Position numbers and translations under genes: made by a program. The notes beneath the pieces are model-generated. The model worked only from the letters and a program-made list of their open reading frames with translations, had not been told where the DNA came from and searched no databases. A stretch of 64,000 nucleotides of DNA, from the NCBI RefSeq assembly GCF_963921235.1, contig NC_086108.1, forward strand, positions 116,872,001 through 116,936,000, given 5' to 3'. The DNA is from Mobula hypostoma. Lineage: Eukaryota. This document shows positions 10,901 through 23,410 of this stretch, piece by piece. Numbering within the stretch: position 1 is the first letter of the stretch; each line of letters opens with the position of its first letter.

Positions 10901-12875
10901 GTGATCGCAGGACGGTCACAGCAGGAGGAGGAGCGAGGGGCTCGGGAGAGCGCTGACTGCTGGGAAGCAGCTGAGGAGCTGAGGTGAGAGTGCTTTAAAA
11001 GGAGCCTGGAGGGCAACTGAAGGGTTAAGCAGAGTGTTGATTAGTTGATTAGAGGGAGTGAGTACTTGAGATAATTGGCAGGGACGAATAAAAGGAGGGG
11101 TAACTGAAGAGGAGCGGCCAGTGTGTGAGTGGCTCAGGGTAGGAGTGGAGCTTTGAGGCTTTGGCTCGAGAGGCTTCAGCGAGCAGAGGCTGAGGACGAG
11201 CCTGCTCCCAGTGAGGTAAGGCTCAGTAAGTTCCTTTAATTAATTTAATTAACTTAGGAGTTGGTAATGGAGGCAGCAATTAGGGCAGTCGAGTGCTCCG
11301 TTTGCAATATGTGGGAAGTCAGGGACAGCACAATTGTCCCTGATGACTACACCTGTAAAAGATGCATCCAGCTGCAGCTCCTGACAAACCGAGTTAGGGA
11401 ACCAGACATGGAGCTGGATGAACGTCGGATCATATGTGAGGAAGAGGCAGAAGTAGACAGGAGTTTCAGGGAGACAGTCACCCCTAAAAGTCAGGAGGCA
11501 GGTAGCTGGGTGACTGTCAGGAGAGGGAAGGGGAGTAGACAGAATGAGCAGAGCACCCCTGTGGCCATTCCCATCAACAATAAGTATACTGTTTTGGATA
11601 CTGTTGGTGGGGACGACCTACCAGGGACAAGTTGTAGTGGTCGCGTCTCTGGCACCGAGACTGGACCCTCAGTTCAGAAGGGAAGGAGGGAAAAGAGGAG
11701 AGCAGTAGTGATAGGGGATTCGATAGAGAGACAGATAAGAGGTTCTGTGGAAGAGATCGAGAATCCCGGATGGTCTGTTGCCTCCCTGGTGCCAGGGTCC
11801 GCAATATCTCAGATCAAGTTCTCAATATTCTCAGGAGGGAGGGTGAGCAGCCAGATGTCGTGATCCATGTAGGGACCAATGACATGGATAGGAAGAAAGA
11901 GGAGGTCCTGCAAAGAGAGTTTAGGGAGTTAGGTGCAAAGTTGAAGAACAGGACCTCCAGGGTTGCAATCTCAGGATCGCTACCCATGCCACGTGCTAGT
12001 GAGACTAGAAATAGGAAGATAATGCAGCTGAATACGTGGCTAAGGAGTTGGTGCAGGAGGGAGGGCTTCATGTTTCTGGACAATTGGGCTTTGTTCCAGG
12101 GAAGGTGGGACCTGTTCCGACGGGACGGTTTGCACCTGAACTGGAGGGGGACCAACATCCTTGCGGGAAGGTTTGCTGGTGCTGCTCTGGGGGGTTTAAA
12201 CTAGATTTGCAGGGGGAGGGGAACCAGAGTGTTAGAGCAGATAGTGAGGTGGAGGAGGATAAAGGTCATGCGAGGACTGCATGTACAGACAGAAATCAAA
12301 GGTTTGTACATGATAGAAATGTTCTCAGGTGTATCTATTTCAATGCAAGGAGTATTGTAGGTAAGGCAGATGAGTTTAGGGCGTGGATTGGCACGTGGGA
12401 TTATGACATTATTGCTATTAGTGAGACTTGGTTGCAGGAGGGGCAGGACTGGCAGTTTAATGTTCTGGGGTTCCGTTGTTTCAGACGTGATAGAGGGGGA
12501 GGGATGAAAGGAGGAGGAGTGGCATTACTAGTCAGGGAAAATATCACAGCTGTGCATAGACAGGACAGCCCAGAGGGCTCGTCTACAGAGGCCATATGGG
12601 TAAAGCTGAGGAACGGGAAAGGTGTGACCACACTAAGAGGGTTGTATTATAGACCGCCCAATAGTCAGAGAGAATTGGAGGAGCAAATCTGTAGAGAGAT
12701 AGCAACCAATGTAAGAAACAGAAAGTTGTAATAGTAGGGGATTTTAACTTTCCACACATTGACTGGGACTCCCACACTGTGAAAGGGTTAGATGGCGTGG
12801 AGTTTGTCAATTGTGTTCAGGAAAGTTTTCTAAGTCTATATATAGAGGTACAAATGAGAAAGGATGCAATACTTG

Positions 12876-14014
12876 TTAGTAAGGCATTTGACAGGTTCCA
12901 CATGGTAGGCTTATTCAGAAAGTCAGAAGGCATGGGATCCAGGGAAGTTTGGCCAGGTGGATTCAGAATTGGCTTGCCTGAAGAAGGCAGAGGGTTGTGG
13001 TGGAGGGAGTACATTTGGATTGGAGGGTTGTGACTAGTGGTGTCCCACAAGGATCGGTTCTGGGACCTCTACTTTTCATGATTTTTATTAACAACCTGGA
13101 TGTGGGGGTAGAATGGTGGGTTGTCAAGTTTGCAGACAACACAAAGGTTGGTGGTGTTGTAGATAGTGTAGAGGATTGTCGAAGATTGCAGAGAGACATT
13201 GATAGGATGCACAAGTGGGCTGAGAAGTGGCAGATGGAATTCAACCAGGAGAAGTGTGAGGTGCTACACTTTGGAAGGACAAACTCCAAGGCAGAGTACA
13301 AAGTAAATGGCAGGATACTTGGTAGTGTGGAGGAGCAGAGGGATCTGGGGGTACATGTCCACAGATTTCTGAAAGTTGCCTCACAGGTAGATAGGGTAGT
13401 TACGAAAGCTTATGGAGTGTTAGCTTTCATAAGTCAAGGGATGGAGTTTAAGAGTCGCGGGGTAATGATGCAGCTCTATAAAACTCTGGTTAGGCCACAC
13501 TTGGAGTACTGTGTCCAGTTCTGGTCGCCTCATTATAGAAAGGATGTAGAAGCATTGGAAAGGGTACAGAGGAGATTTACCAGGATGCTGCCTGGCTTAG
13601 AAAGTATGCATTATGATCAGAGATTAAGGGAGCTAGGGCTTTACTCTTTGGAGAGAAGGAGGATGAGAGGAGACATGCTAGAGGTGTACAAGATAATGAG
13701 GAATAGATAGAGTGGATAGCCAGCGCCTCTTCCCCAGGGCACCACTGCTCAATACAAGAGGACATGGCTTTAAGGTAAGGGGTGGGAAGTTCAAGGGGGA
13801 TATTAGAGGAAGGTTTTTTACTCAGAGAGTGGTTGGTGCATGGAATGCACTGCCTGAGTCAGTGGTGGAGGCAGATACACTAGTGAAATTTAAGAGACTA
13901 CTAGACAGGTATATGGAGGAATTTAAGGTGGGGGGTTATATGGGAGGCAGGGTTTGAGGGTCGGCACAACATTGTGGGCTGAAGGGCCTGTACTGTGCTG
14001 TACTGTTCTATGTT
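12876..14014 (+). mobile_element. Younger 5'-truncated CR1 nested in the CR1 endonuclease domain
   Basis: 8-bp TSD AATACTTG (12868-12875, 14015-14022); removing it restores DAILDLLLGN; same family as 59517-62704. Confidence 0.93.
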
Positions 14015-14689
14015 AATACTTGATCTCCTATTAGGGAACCAGACAGGTCAGGTGACAGAAGTATGTGTAGGCGAATATTTTGGGTCCAGTGACAATAATG
14101 TCATTAGTTTCAAGTTAATTATGGATAAGGATAGGTCTGGTCCTCGAGTTAAGGTTCTAAATTGGAGAAGGGCCAATTCTGAGGAAATGAGAAAGGATCT
14201 GGGAAAAGTGGATTGGGATACGTTTTCTGGCAAGGATGTGTTCAGTAAGTGGAAGACATTCAAAGGTGAAATTTTGAGAGTGCAGAGTTTGCATTTTTCT
14301 GCCAGGATTAAAGGCAAAGTTAACAGGCATAGGGAACATTGGTTTTCAAGGGGTATTGGCGATCTGGTTAAGAAAAATAGAGAGGTGTATAGCAGGTATA
14401 GGCAACAAGGAACGAATGAGGTACTTGAAGAGTATAGAAATTGTAAGAAAATACTAAAGAAGGAAATCAGGAAGGCAAAAAGAAGACATAAGGTTGCTTT
14501 GGCAGATAATGTGAAGGTAAACCCAAAGGGTTTCTACAAGTTTATTAAGAGTGAAAGGATAGTAAGGGACAAAATTGTTCCCCTAGAAGATCAAAGTGGT
14601 CATCTATGTGTGGAGTTTCACGAGACGGGGGAGATCTTAAACAGTTTTTTTGCATCTGTATTTACTCAGGAAACTGGCATAGCGTATAT

Positions 14690-14726
14690 AGTCATAGTCA
14701 TACTTCATTGATCCCGGGGGAAATTG
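14690..14726 (-). mobile_element. 37-bp extreme 3' stub of the Rex1-like LINE
   Basis: Reverse complement matches 19587-19623 with one mismatch; TSD GTATAT (14684-14689, 14727-14732). Confidence 0.88.
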
Positions 14727-16399
14727 GTATATGGAAGGAAGGGAAACAAGCAGTAGTGTCATGGAACATATAGAGATTAAAGAGGAGGAGGTGCTTGCTG
14801 TCTTACAGCAAATAAGGGTAGATAAATCACCTGGGCCTGACATGATATTTCCTCGGACCTTGAGAGAGACTAGTGTAGAAATTGCAGGGGCCCTGGCAGA
14901 AATATTTAAAATGTCCTTAGCCACGGGTGCGGTGCCGGAGGATTGGAGGGTAGCTCCTGTTGTTCCGTTGTTTAAAAAAGGCTCCAAAAGTAAACCAGGT
15001 AATTATAGCCCAGTGAGCCTGACATCAGTAGTAGGTAAATTATTGGAAAGTGTTCTGAGAGATTGGATATACAAGTATTTGGACAGCCAAGGGCTGATTA
15101 AGGATAGTCAGCATGGCTTTGTGCATGGTAGATCATGTTTAACGAATCTTGTAGAGTTTTTTGAGGAGGTTAACAAGAAAGTAGATGAAGGAAAGGCTGT
15201 GGATGTTGTCTACATGGACTTTAGTAAGGTCTTTGACAAGGTCCTACATGGGAGGTTAGTTCAGAAGGTTCAGACACTAGGTGTCCATGGAGAGGTTGTA
15301 AACTGGATTCGAAATTGGCTGTGTGGGAGAAGACAGAGAGTGGTACTGGATGATTGCTTATCAGACTGGAGGCCTATGTCTAGTGGTGTGCCTCAAGGAT
15401 CTGTGCTGGGACTATTGTTGTTTGTTGTCTATATCAATGATCTCGATAATAATGTGGTAAATTGGATCAGCAAGTTTGCTGATGACACTAAGATTGGAGG
15501 CATTGTGGACAGCAAGGAAGGCTTTCAAAGCTTGCAGAGGGATCTGGACCAACTGGAAAAATGGGCCAGAAAATGATAGATGGAATTTAATGCAGACAAG
15601 TGTAAGGTGTTGCATTTTTGAAGGATAAATGTAGGTAGGACATATACAGTAAATGGTAGAGCACTGAGGAGTGTGGAGGAACAAAGGGATCTGGGAGCTC
15701 AGATACATAGTTCCCTGAAAGTGGCGTCACAGGTAGACAGGGTTGTAAAGAAGGCTTTTGACATCCTGGCATTCATAAGTTAAACCATTGAGTATAGGAG
15801 TTGAGATGTTATGGGGAGGTTGTATAAGACATTGGTGAGGCCAAATTTGGAGTATCGTGTGCAGTTCTGGTTACCTAACTATAGGAAGGATATCAGTAAG
15901 ATTGAAAGAGTGCAGAGAAGATTTACTAGGATGTTGCCGGGTCTTCAGGAGTTGAGTTACAGGGAAAGACTGAACAGGTTAGGACTTTATTCCTTGGAGC
16001 ATAGAAGAATGAGGGGAGATTTGATAGAAGTTTACAAAATTATGAGGGGTATAGACAGAGTAAATGCGAGTAGGCTCTTTGCACTTAGATTAGGAGAGAT
16101 AAATACAAGAGGACATGGCTTTAGAGTGAAAGGAGAAAGGTTTGGGGGAAACATTAGGGGGAACTTCTTCACTCAGAGAGTGGTGGAAGTGTGGAACGAG
16201 CTGCCATCTGACGCGGTAAATGCGGGCTCAATCTTAAGTTTTAAGAATAAATTGGATAGGTACATGGATGGGAGAGGTCTGGAGGGTTATGGACTGGATG
16301 CAGGTCAATGGGACTAGCGGAATAATGTTTCGGCACAGACTAGAAGAGCTGAACGGCCTGTTTTCTGTGCTGTAGTGTTCCATGGTTCTATGGTTCTAA

Positions 16400-16835
16400 C
16401 AATTAATCAACGTCAGTATAGTTGACCAATATCAGTACAGTGTAACAATGACAGTACAGTCAAATGATAACAGTCCAAACAATGTCAGTGCAATTTATCA
16501 GTGTCATAGTACAGCGAAACAATGTCAGAACACTCAAACAATGTCCATGGGGTCAAATAATGTCAATACAGTTGAACAATGTCAATACAGGTCATCAGTG
16601 TCATAGTACAGTTGAACAATGTCAGTGCAGTCTACCAATTTCAGTACAATTGAACAAAGTCAGTACAGTCAAACCACATCAGTACACTATCACAATGACA
16701 ATGCAATCAATCAGTTACAGTAGAATAAAACAATGTCTGTATAGTCAAATACTGTCAGTACAATTTATCAATGTCATGGTACAGTCAAACAATGTTAGTG
16801 CAGTCGACCAATTTCAGTACAAACAGCGTCAGTAG
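16400..16835. repeat. Continuation of the ~19-bp satellite
   Basis: Same aacaatgtcagtacag units as 9275-10900. Confidence 0.88.
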
Positions 16836-17180
16836 AAATATTGGTCCTCTGGCACCATGACAGAATCCTATGGTTTTTGAAAAATCATTACTAATGCCTC
16901 CACAATCTCTACTGTTACCTTTTCAGAACCCTAGGGTGCAGTTCATCTAGTCTGGGAGACTCATGTAACCTTCAGTCTTTCAGCTATTCGAGCATCTTCT
17001 CCTCTGTAATAGCAACTGCACTCACATCTCTTCCCTCACTCCCTTCAACAGATAGCACACTGCTAGTCTCTTCCACAGTGAAAACCGTCGCAAAATACAC
17101 ATTTAGTTCATCTGCCATCTCCTTGTACCCTGTGATTATTTCTCTAGCCTAATTTTCTAGCCATCCTATAATCCACTCTC
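16836..17180 (-). mobile_element. CR1 ORF2 internal fragment
   Basis: Minus strand reads ..EMADELNVYFA.VFT..PRVLK.. like other CR1 copies. Confidence 0.75.
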
Positions 17181-17700
17181 ATCTAGTACAGTCAAACAGT
17201 GTCACAGTACAGGCTAACAGTGCCACAGTGTAGTCTAGTAATGTCACATAACAGCCGGACAGAGTCACAGTACAGTCTGTAACAGCAGTGTCAAATACTG
17301 TCACAGTACAGTCTAATAGTGTCACGATGCAGTCTGACAGTGTCACAGTACAGTCTATCAGTGTCACTGCACAGCCTAACAGTGTCACTGTACAGTCTAT
17401 CAGTGTCACTGCACAGCCTAACAGTGTCACATTACAGTCTAACAGTATCACAGTGCAGTCTAACAGTATGACAGTAGTCTAACATTGTCACAGTGCAGTC
17501 TAACAATGTCACATAACAGCCTAACAGTGTCACAGTAGTCTGACAGTGTCACATTACACTCTGTAACAGCAGTGTCAAGTACTGTCACAGTCCAGTCCAG
17601 TGTCACAATGCAGTCAAACAGTGTCACTGTACAGTCTGATAATGTCACATTACATTCTAACAGTGTCACATAACAGCCTGACAATATCACAGTGCAGTCT

Positions 17701-19630
17701 AGAGAGGAGCTGAGGGCAATACAGAGGGACCTGAAAGCCAGGATCGGGGAGGCTAAAGACAGGTACAGGAGGAAGCTTGAGTGGAAACTCCAGCAGAACA
17801 ACATGAGAGAGGGGGATGAGGACCATCACTGGGTTCCAGCAAACTAGCAACAGAGGAGCTGAAGGTAGTGTGGACAGGGCCAATGAACTTAACCTGTTCT
17901 TTAACAGATTTGACATTGTGGCCCCTGCCCATCCCCCACATGAGTCATCTGTTGTCAGCCCCCAACCAACACGTATTCCACTCTCCCCTTCTACCCCTCC
18001 TCACAATCTCCCACCCTGCTCTCATGACTATACCCCTTCCCCACACGAAACCACCACGGTGGGCTTCACAGCTGAACAGGTGAGAAGACAGCTGAAATGT
18101 CTCAACCCAAGCAAGGCTGCAGGACCGGATGGTGTCAGTACCAGGATGCTCAAAGCCTGTGCCCCTCAGCTATGTGGAATACTTCGCCATGTATTCAGCC
18201 TGAGCCTGAGGCTCCGGAGGGTTCCTGTACTGTGGAAGACGTCCTGCCTCGTCCCTGTGCTGAAGACGCCGCGCCCCAGCGGCCTCAATGACTACAGACC
18301 GGTGGCATTGACCTCCCACATCATGAACACCCTGGAGAGACTTGTTCTGGAGCTGCTCCGGCCCATGGTCAGGCCACACTTAGATCCCCTCCAGTTCCCC
18401 TACCAGCCCTGACTAGGAGTTCAGGATGCCATCATTTACCTGCTGACCCGTGTCTACGCCCACCTGGACAAGCCAGCGAGCACTGTGAGGGTCATGTTTT
18501 TTGACTTCTCCAGTGCGTTCAACACCATCCGCCCTGCTCTGCTGGGGGAGAACCTGACAGCGATGCAGGTGGATGCTTCCCTGGTATCATGGATTCTTGA
18601 TTACCTGACTGGCAGACCACAGTACGTGTGCTTGCAACACTGTGTGTCCGACAGAGTGATCAGCAGCACTGGGGCTCCACAGGGGACTGTTTTGTCTCCC
18701 TTTGTCTTCACCATTTACACCTCGGACTTCAACTACTGCACAGAGTCTTGTCATCTTCAGAAGTTTTCGGATGACTCTGCCATAGTTGGATGCATCAGCA
18801 AGGGAGATGAGGCTGAGTACAGGGCTACGGTAGGAAACTTTGTCACATGGTCTGAGCAGAATTATCTGCAGCTTAATGTGAAAAAGATTAAGGAGCTGGT
18901 GGTAGACCTGAGGAGAGCTAAGGTACCGGTGACCCCTGTTTCCATCCAGGGGGTCAGTGTGGACATGGTGGAGGATTACAAATACCTGGGGATACAAATT
19001 GACAATAAACTGGACTGGTCAAAGAACACTGAGGCTGTCTACAAGAAGGGTCAGAGCCGTCTCTATTTCCTGAGGAGACTGAGGTCCTTTAACATCTGCC
19101 AGACGAAGCTGAGGATGTTCTACGAGTCTGTGGTGGCCAGTGCGATCATGTTTGCTGTTGTGTGCTGGGGCAGCAGGCTGAGGGTAGTAGACACCAACAG
19201 GATCAACAAACTCATTCGTAAGGCCAGTGATGTTGTAGGGATGGAACTGGACTCTCTGACGGTGGTGTCTGAAAAGAGGATGCTGTCTAAGTTGCATGCC
19301 ATCTTGGACAATGTCTCCCATCCACTACATAATGTACTGGTTGGGCACAGGAGTACATTCAGCCAGAGACTCATTCCACCGAGATGCAACACAGAGCGTC
19401 ATAGGAAGTCATTCCTGCCTGTGGCCATCAAACTTTACAACTCCTCCCTTGGAGGCTCAGACACCCTGAGCCAATAGGCTGGTCCTGGACTTGTTTCATA
19501 ATTTACTGGTGTAATTTACATTTTACTATTTAACTATTTATGGTTTTATTACTATTTAATATTTATGGTGCAACTGTAGTGAAAACCAATTTCCCCCGGG
19601 ATCAATAAAGTATGACTATGACTATGACTA
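17701..19630 (+). mobile_element. Rex1/Babar-like non-LTR retrotransposon, 5'-truncated; RT nearly intact
   Basis: ORFs 17816-18412 and 18485-19477 share a frame and are separated by one TGA; KAAGPDG, NDYRPVALTS, DFSSAFNTI, GAPQGTVLSP, FSDD; AATAAA plus (TATGAC)n tail. Confidence 0.92.
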
Positions 19631-19811
19631 ACAGTATCATATTATAGTCTAACAGTTTCATAGTGCAGTCTAACAGTATGACAGTAGTCTAACATTGTCA
19701 CAGTGCAGTCTAACAATGTCACATAACAGCCTAACAGTGTCACATTACACTCTGTAATAGCAGTGTCAAATACCATCACAGTACAGCCTAACAGTGTCAC
19801 AGCGCAGTCTA

Positions 19812-20616
19812 AGATGTGAGAGAATAGAACCAATCAAGTGTGACAGTGGAAAAGTGTGTATGGAACTGGAGGAGATGGCAGGGGTACTTAATGAATATTT
19901 TGCTTTAGTATTCACTACAGAAAAGGATCTTGGCGAGGATCAGAGGGATCTTGGGGTCCAAGTCCATAGGGCACTCAAAGCTACTATCAAGCTATCAAAG
20001 CTACGTGTAAACTCTGGTTAAGAAGGCATATGGTGCATTAGCCTTCATCAATCGTGGGATTGAGTTTAAGAACTGATAGATAATGTTACAGCTATATAGG
20101 ACCCTGGTCGCCTCACTACAGGAAGGACGTGGAAACCATAGAAAGGGTGTAATGGAGATTTACAAGGATGTTGCCTGGATTGGGGAGAATGCCTTATGAG
20201 AATAGGTTGAGTGAACTCAGCCTTCCTTCCTTGGAGTGACGGAGGATGAGAGGTGACCTGATAGAGGTGTATAAGATAATGAGAGGCATTGATCATGTGG
20301 ATAGTCAGAGGCTTTTTCTCAGGACTGAAATGGCTAGCACGGGAGGGCATAGTTTTAAGGTGCTTGGAAATAGGTACAAAGGAGATGTCGGGGTAAGTTT
20401 TTACGCAGAGAGTGGTGAGTGCGTGGAATGGGCTGATGGCAGCGGTGGTGGAGGCAGAAACGATAGGGTCTTTTGAGGGACTCCTGGACAGATACATGGA
20501 GCTTAGAAAAATAGAGGGCTATGGGTAAGCCTAGGTAGTTCTAAGGTAAGGACATGTTCTGCACAGCTTTGTGGGCCGAAGGGCCTGTATTGTGCTGTAG
20601 GTTTTCTATGTTTCTA
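19812..20616 (+). mobile_element. CR1 LINE 3' part with internal deletions
   Basis: VLNEYFALVFT joined to EDQRDLGV; MRGDLIEVYKIM; TTTCTATG tail. Confidence 0.9.
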
Positions 20617-21278
20617 ACAGTGTCATGTAACAGCCTAACAGTGTCACAGTGCAGTTTGACAGTGTCACAGTAGTCTAACACTGTCACATTACAGTCTAAC
20701 AGTGTTAAGTACAGTCAAACAGTGTCATGCTACAGTCTATCAGTACCACAGTGGAAACATAACAACACAGGCATTCAGAAGTGAAAGCCAGTTGCGCTCT
20801 CTGGCCTATCCCACCAGCCAACGTGACTATGGCTGTTCTGACCCAGATTTAATCTCCCCCTCTGTCTTAGTTCCCTATCCCCATCAGTTCACGTGGAAAC
20901 CAATCCATCCATCACCACGTGAACGAGGTGGCCCATTCAGCAGTTCAGGTCTCGCCAGTTCACAAGGCAATCACATTTACCACTGATTCTCTGCAATCTG
21001 TTCTCCCCCCCCACTCCCTTATTACCACCTACACCTCCCAGATTACACTTGAGGATAATTTACAGTGGACAATTAGCTCACCAACCCACATGTGGGTGCT
21101 CCTTCAGATGGAGCAGTTCAGGGGAGGGGAGACGACAAAGACTGGGTTTGTTACATGGCCTCTACCAACATTGAGGAAGCCCACCTTTCCATCCAATGGT
21201 TAAATGCCTCCCTCCACTCTGAAGCGCCCTCCCCTCCACATATACAAGGAGTATGAGTAAACACAATGAGTCGCTTAC

Positions 21279-21323
21279 CTTTTCTCCTTTTCCGCCTTTG
21301 AGGCCGCGGACTCCATCGGCACC
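21279..21323 (-). CDS. COL11A1-like: Collagen exon, 45 bp: GADGVRGLKGGKGEK
   Basis: Acceptor gagacag, donor GTAAGC; 80-bp intron from the previous exon. Confidence 0.95.
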
Positions 21324-21403
21324 CTGTCTCCAAACACATCACAGTCAGTGCGTTAGCTGGACATCGGGCAGCCTGGAAACACAGATTCTGTATGCAGACT
21401 TAC

Positions 21404-21457
21404 CTTCACTCCGCGGGGGCCGGGATAGCCAAGTGGGCCCTGTGCACCAGTTACTCC
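21404..21457 (-). CDS. COL11A1-like: Collagen exon, 54 bp: GVTGAQGPLGYPGPRGVK
   Basis: Acceptor cttgcag, donor GTAAGT. Confidence 0.96.
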
Positions 21458-21578
21458 CTGCAAGGGAGAGAGACAGAGAGAAAGGTGAGGGGACATACCT
21501 CAAGGGAAAGGGAAGGCAGGAGTGCTGGAGAGGGAAAGGGAGACAACCAAGAGGGGCGATGGATCACGCCAACGTTAC

Positions 21579-21623
21579 CTGAGAGCCTTTCTCTCCTGGA
21601 GGACCTTCTTTTCCTGGATGTCC
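21579..21623 (-). CDS. COL11A1-like: Collagen exon, 45 bp: GHPGKEGPPGEKGSQ
   Basis: Acceptor tcttcttaag, donor GTAACG. Confidence 0.95.
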
Positions 21624-21689
21624 CTTAAGAAGACACAGAGAGAGATTAATAGTCAGTCCATCACAACCTATCAAATGACAATAGCAGGG

Positions 21690-23410
21690 GCATCATTTTA
21701 ATGTGATTGGAGGGAAGGATCGGTGGGGGGAGGGAATTGGGTGTTATATCATGAACCAGAGGCAATTAGGGAGCTTTAGGTAGAGTAATCCTCAGGAGGC
21801 AAGGATCACAATATGATTGAGTTTAACTTGAAATTCGATAGGGAGAAAGTAAAGTCTGATGTAGCAGTACTTCAGTGGAGTAAGGGAAGTTACAGTGGTA
21901 TGAGAGAGGAGTTGGCCAAAATAAACTGGAAGGAGATCCTAGCAGGGATGACAGTAGAGCAGTGATGGTGTGAGTTTCTAGGAAAAATGACGAAGGTGCA
22001 GGACAGATGTATTCCAAAAACGAAGAAATACTCAAATGCAAAATAGTACAGCCGTGGCTGACAAGGGATGTCAAAGCTAATGTAGAAGCAAAAGAGGGGA
22101 CATACAACAAAGCAAAAGTTAGTAGAAAGAAAGAGGATTGGAAAGCTTTTGGGAGAATGGATCAGCTCATGAAAAAATAGCAGAGCCGACTCGATGGGCC
22201 GAATGGCCAACTTCTGCTCCTTTGTCTTACAGTCTTTTAAAACCCTAGAGAGAGCAACTAAAAGAATCATTAGGAGGGAAAAGGTGAAATATGAAAGCAA
22301 GCTAGCAAATGATATCAAGATGGACAGAAAAAGCTTCTTCAAGTATGTAAAACATAAGAGAGAGATGCGAGTGGATATAGACCACTGGAAAGTGAGGCCG
22401 GAGAAATAATAACGGGGGCCAAGGAGATGGCAGATGAACTAAATGAGTATTTTGCATCAGTCTTCGCTTTGGAAGACACCAGCAGTGTGCCAGATGTTCA
22501 GAGGTGTGAGGGAAGAGAAGTGAATGCAGTTACTATTACAAGGGGGAGGTACTTAAAGAGCAACAGTCCATGTTATAAGTTTACACTGGTGTTACTTCCT
22601 GACTTTCCTTATACTACATCGCCGACTGCAATGGTGCTGCTTCCTGCACCCATACCAAGCACGTCAGCATCGTCAATGATGCCTCCAACTTACACCCTGC
22701 CCTCAAGTTCGCCTTGTCCATTTCTGACACATCCATCCCCTTTCTCAATCTCTCTGTCTCTATCTCTGGTGCCTATTATAAACCCACTGACTCTCAGCTA
22801 CCTGAACTGTACCTCTTCCCGTCCTGTTACCTGTAAAAATGCAATTCCCTTCTCTTAATTCCTCTGACTCCGACGGATCTGCTCTCAAGATGAGGCTTTT
22901 CATTCCAGAACGAAAGAAATGTCCTCCTTGTTCTGGGAGGGAGGTTTTCAAATGCAGTTGTGGAGGGTTTAAACTAGATTTGCAGGAGGGTGGGAACCAA
23001 AACGAAGAGGCAGGGGTTGGGGCAGTTGGCGCACAAGCAGAAACAGGTTGTGGGGAGTTTTTGAGGAGGGATAAGCTGATGATAGAGCAAAGATGCACTC
23101 ACCCAGATGGTTTGAGACGTGTCTATTTCAATGCAAGAAGTATCAGAAACAAGGTAGATGAACTTAAGAGTATGGAACTATGACATTGTGTCTATTACAC
23201 AGACTTAGATGTCCCGGGGCAGGAATGGCTGCTGAGTGTAACGGGCTTCACACATTTCAAAAAGGACAGGGAGGGAGGCAAAAGGGGTGGGAGTGCCATT
23301 GCTAATAAGGAATAGTATCACGGCTGCAGAAAAGGAGAAAGTCGTGGAGGGATTGTCTACTGAGTCAGTGTGGGTGGAAGTCAGAAACAGGAAGGGGGCA
23401 ATAACTCTAG
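21690..23410 (+). mobile_element. Mosaic of CR1 fragments with an embedded Penelope RT piece
   Basis: MADELNEYFASVF and VYFNARSIRNKVDEL motifs; small CR1 tail at 22151-22233 flanked by CTTTT. Confidence 0.8.
22585..22935 (+). mobile_element. Penelope-like RT fragment
   Basis: Decayed YIxD..GAASC.H...SN.HPALKF..SISDTS motif, homologous to 37200-37460 on the minus strand. Confidence 0.75.

Larger units (their letters stand above)
10900..16398 (+). mobile_element. Apparently full-length but disabled CR1 LINE (5'UTR, ORF1 zinc-finger/coiled-coil/SGNH esterase, ORF2 APE-RT, 3'UTR) with two nested insertions
   Basis: ORF1 11261-12204: CSVC..CKRC, VVIGDS, IHVGTND, DGLHLN. ORF2: FNARSI, ISETWL, YRPP, DFSK, GVPQGSVLG, FADDTK. 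TTCTATGG tail. Frameshifts and stops present. Confidence 0.95.
17181..20750. repeat. 21-bp satellite (ACAGTGTCACAGTACAGTCTA) in three blocks: 17181-17700, 19631-19811, 20617-20750
   Basis: 7-aa periodic ORFs (DCTVTLL / SVTVQSN); split by two LINE insertions. Confidence 0.9.

Noticed and set aside
11261..12204. SGNH esterase or zinc-finger ORF as a host or novel gene
   Set aside because: This is the known esterase-type ORF1 of CR1 elements, directly upstream of APE-RT and frameshifted.
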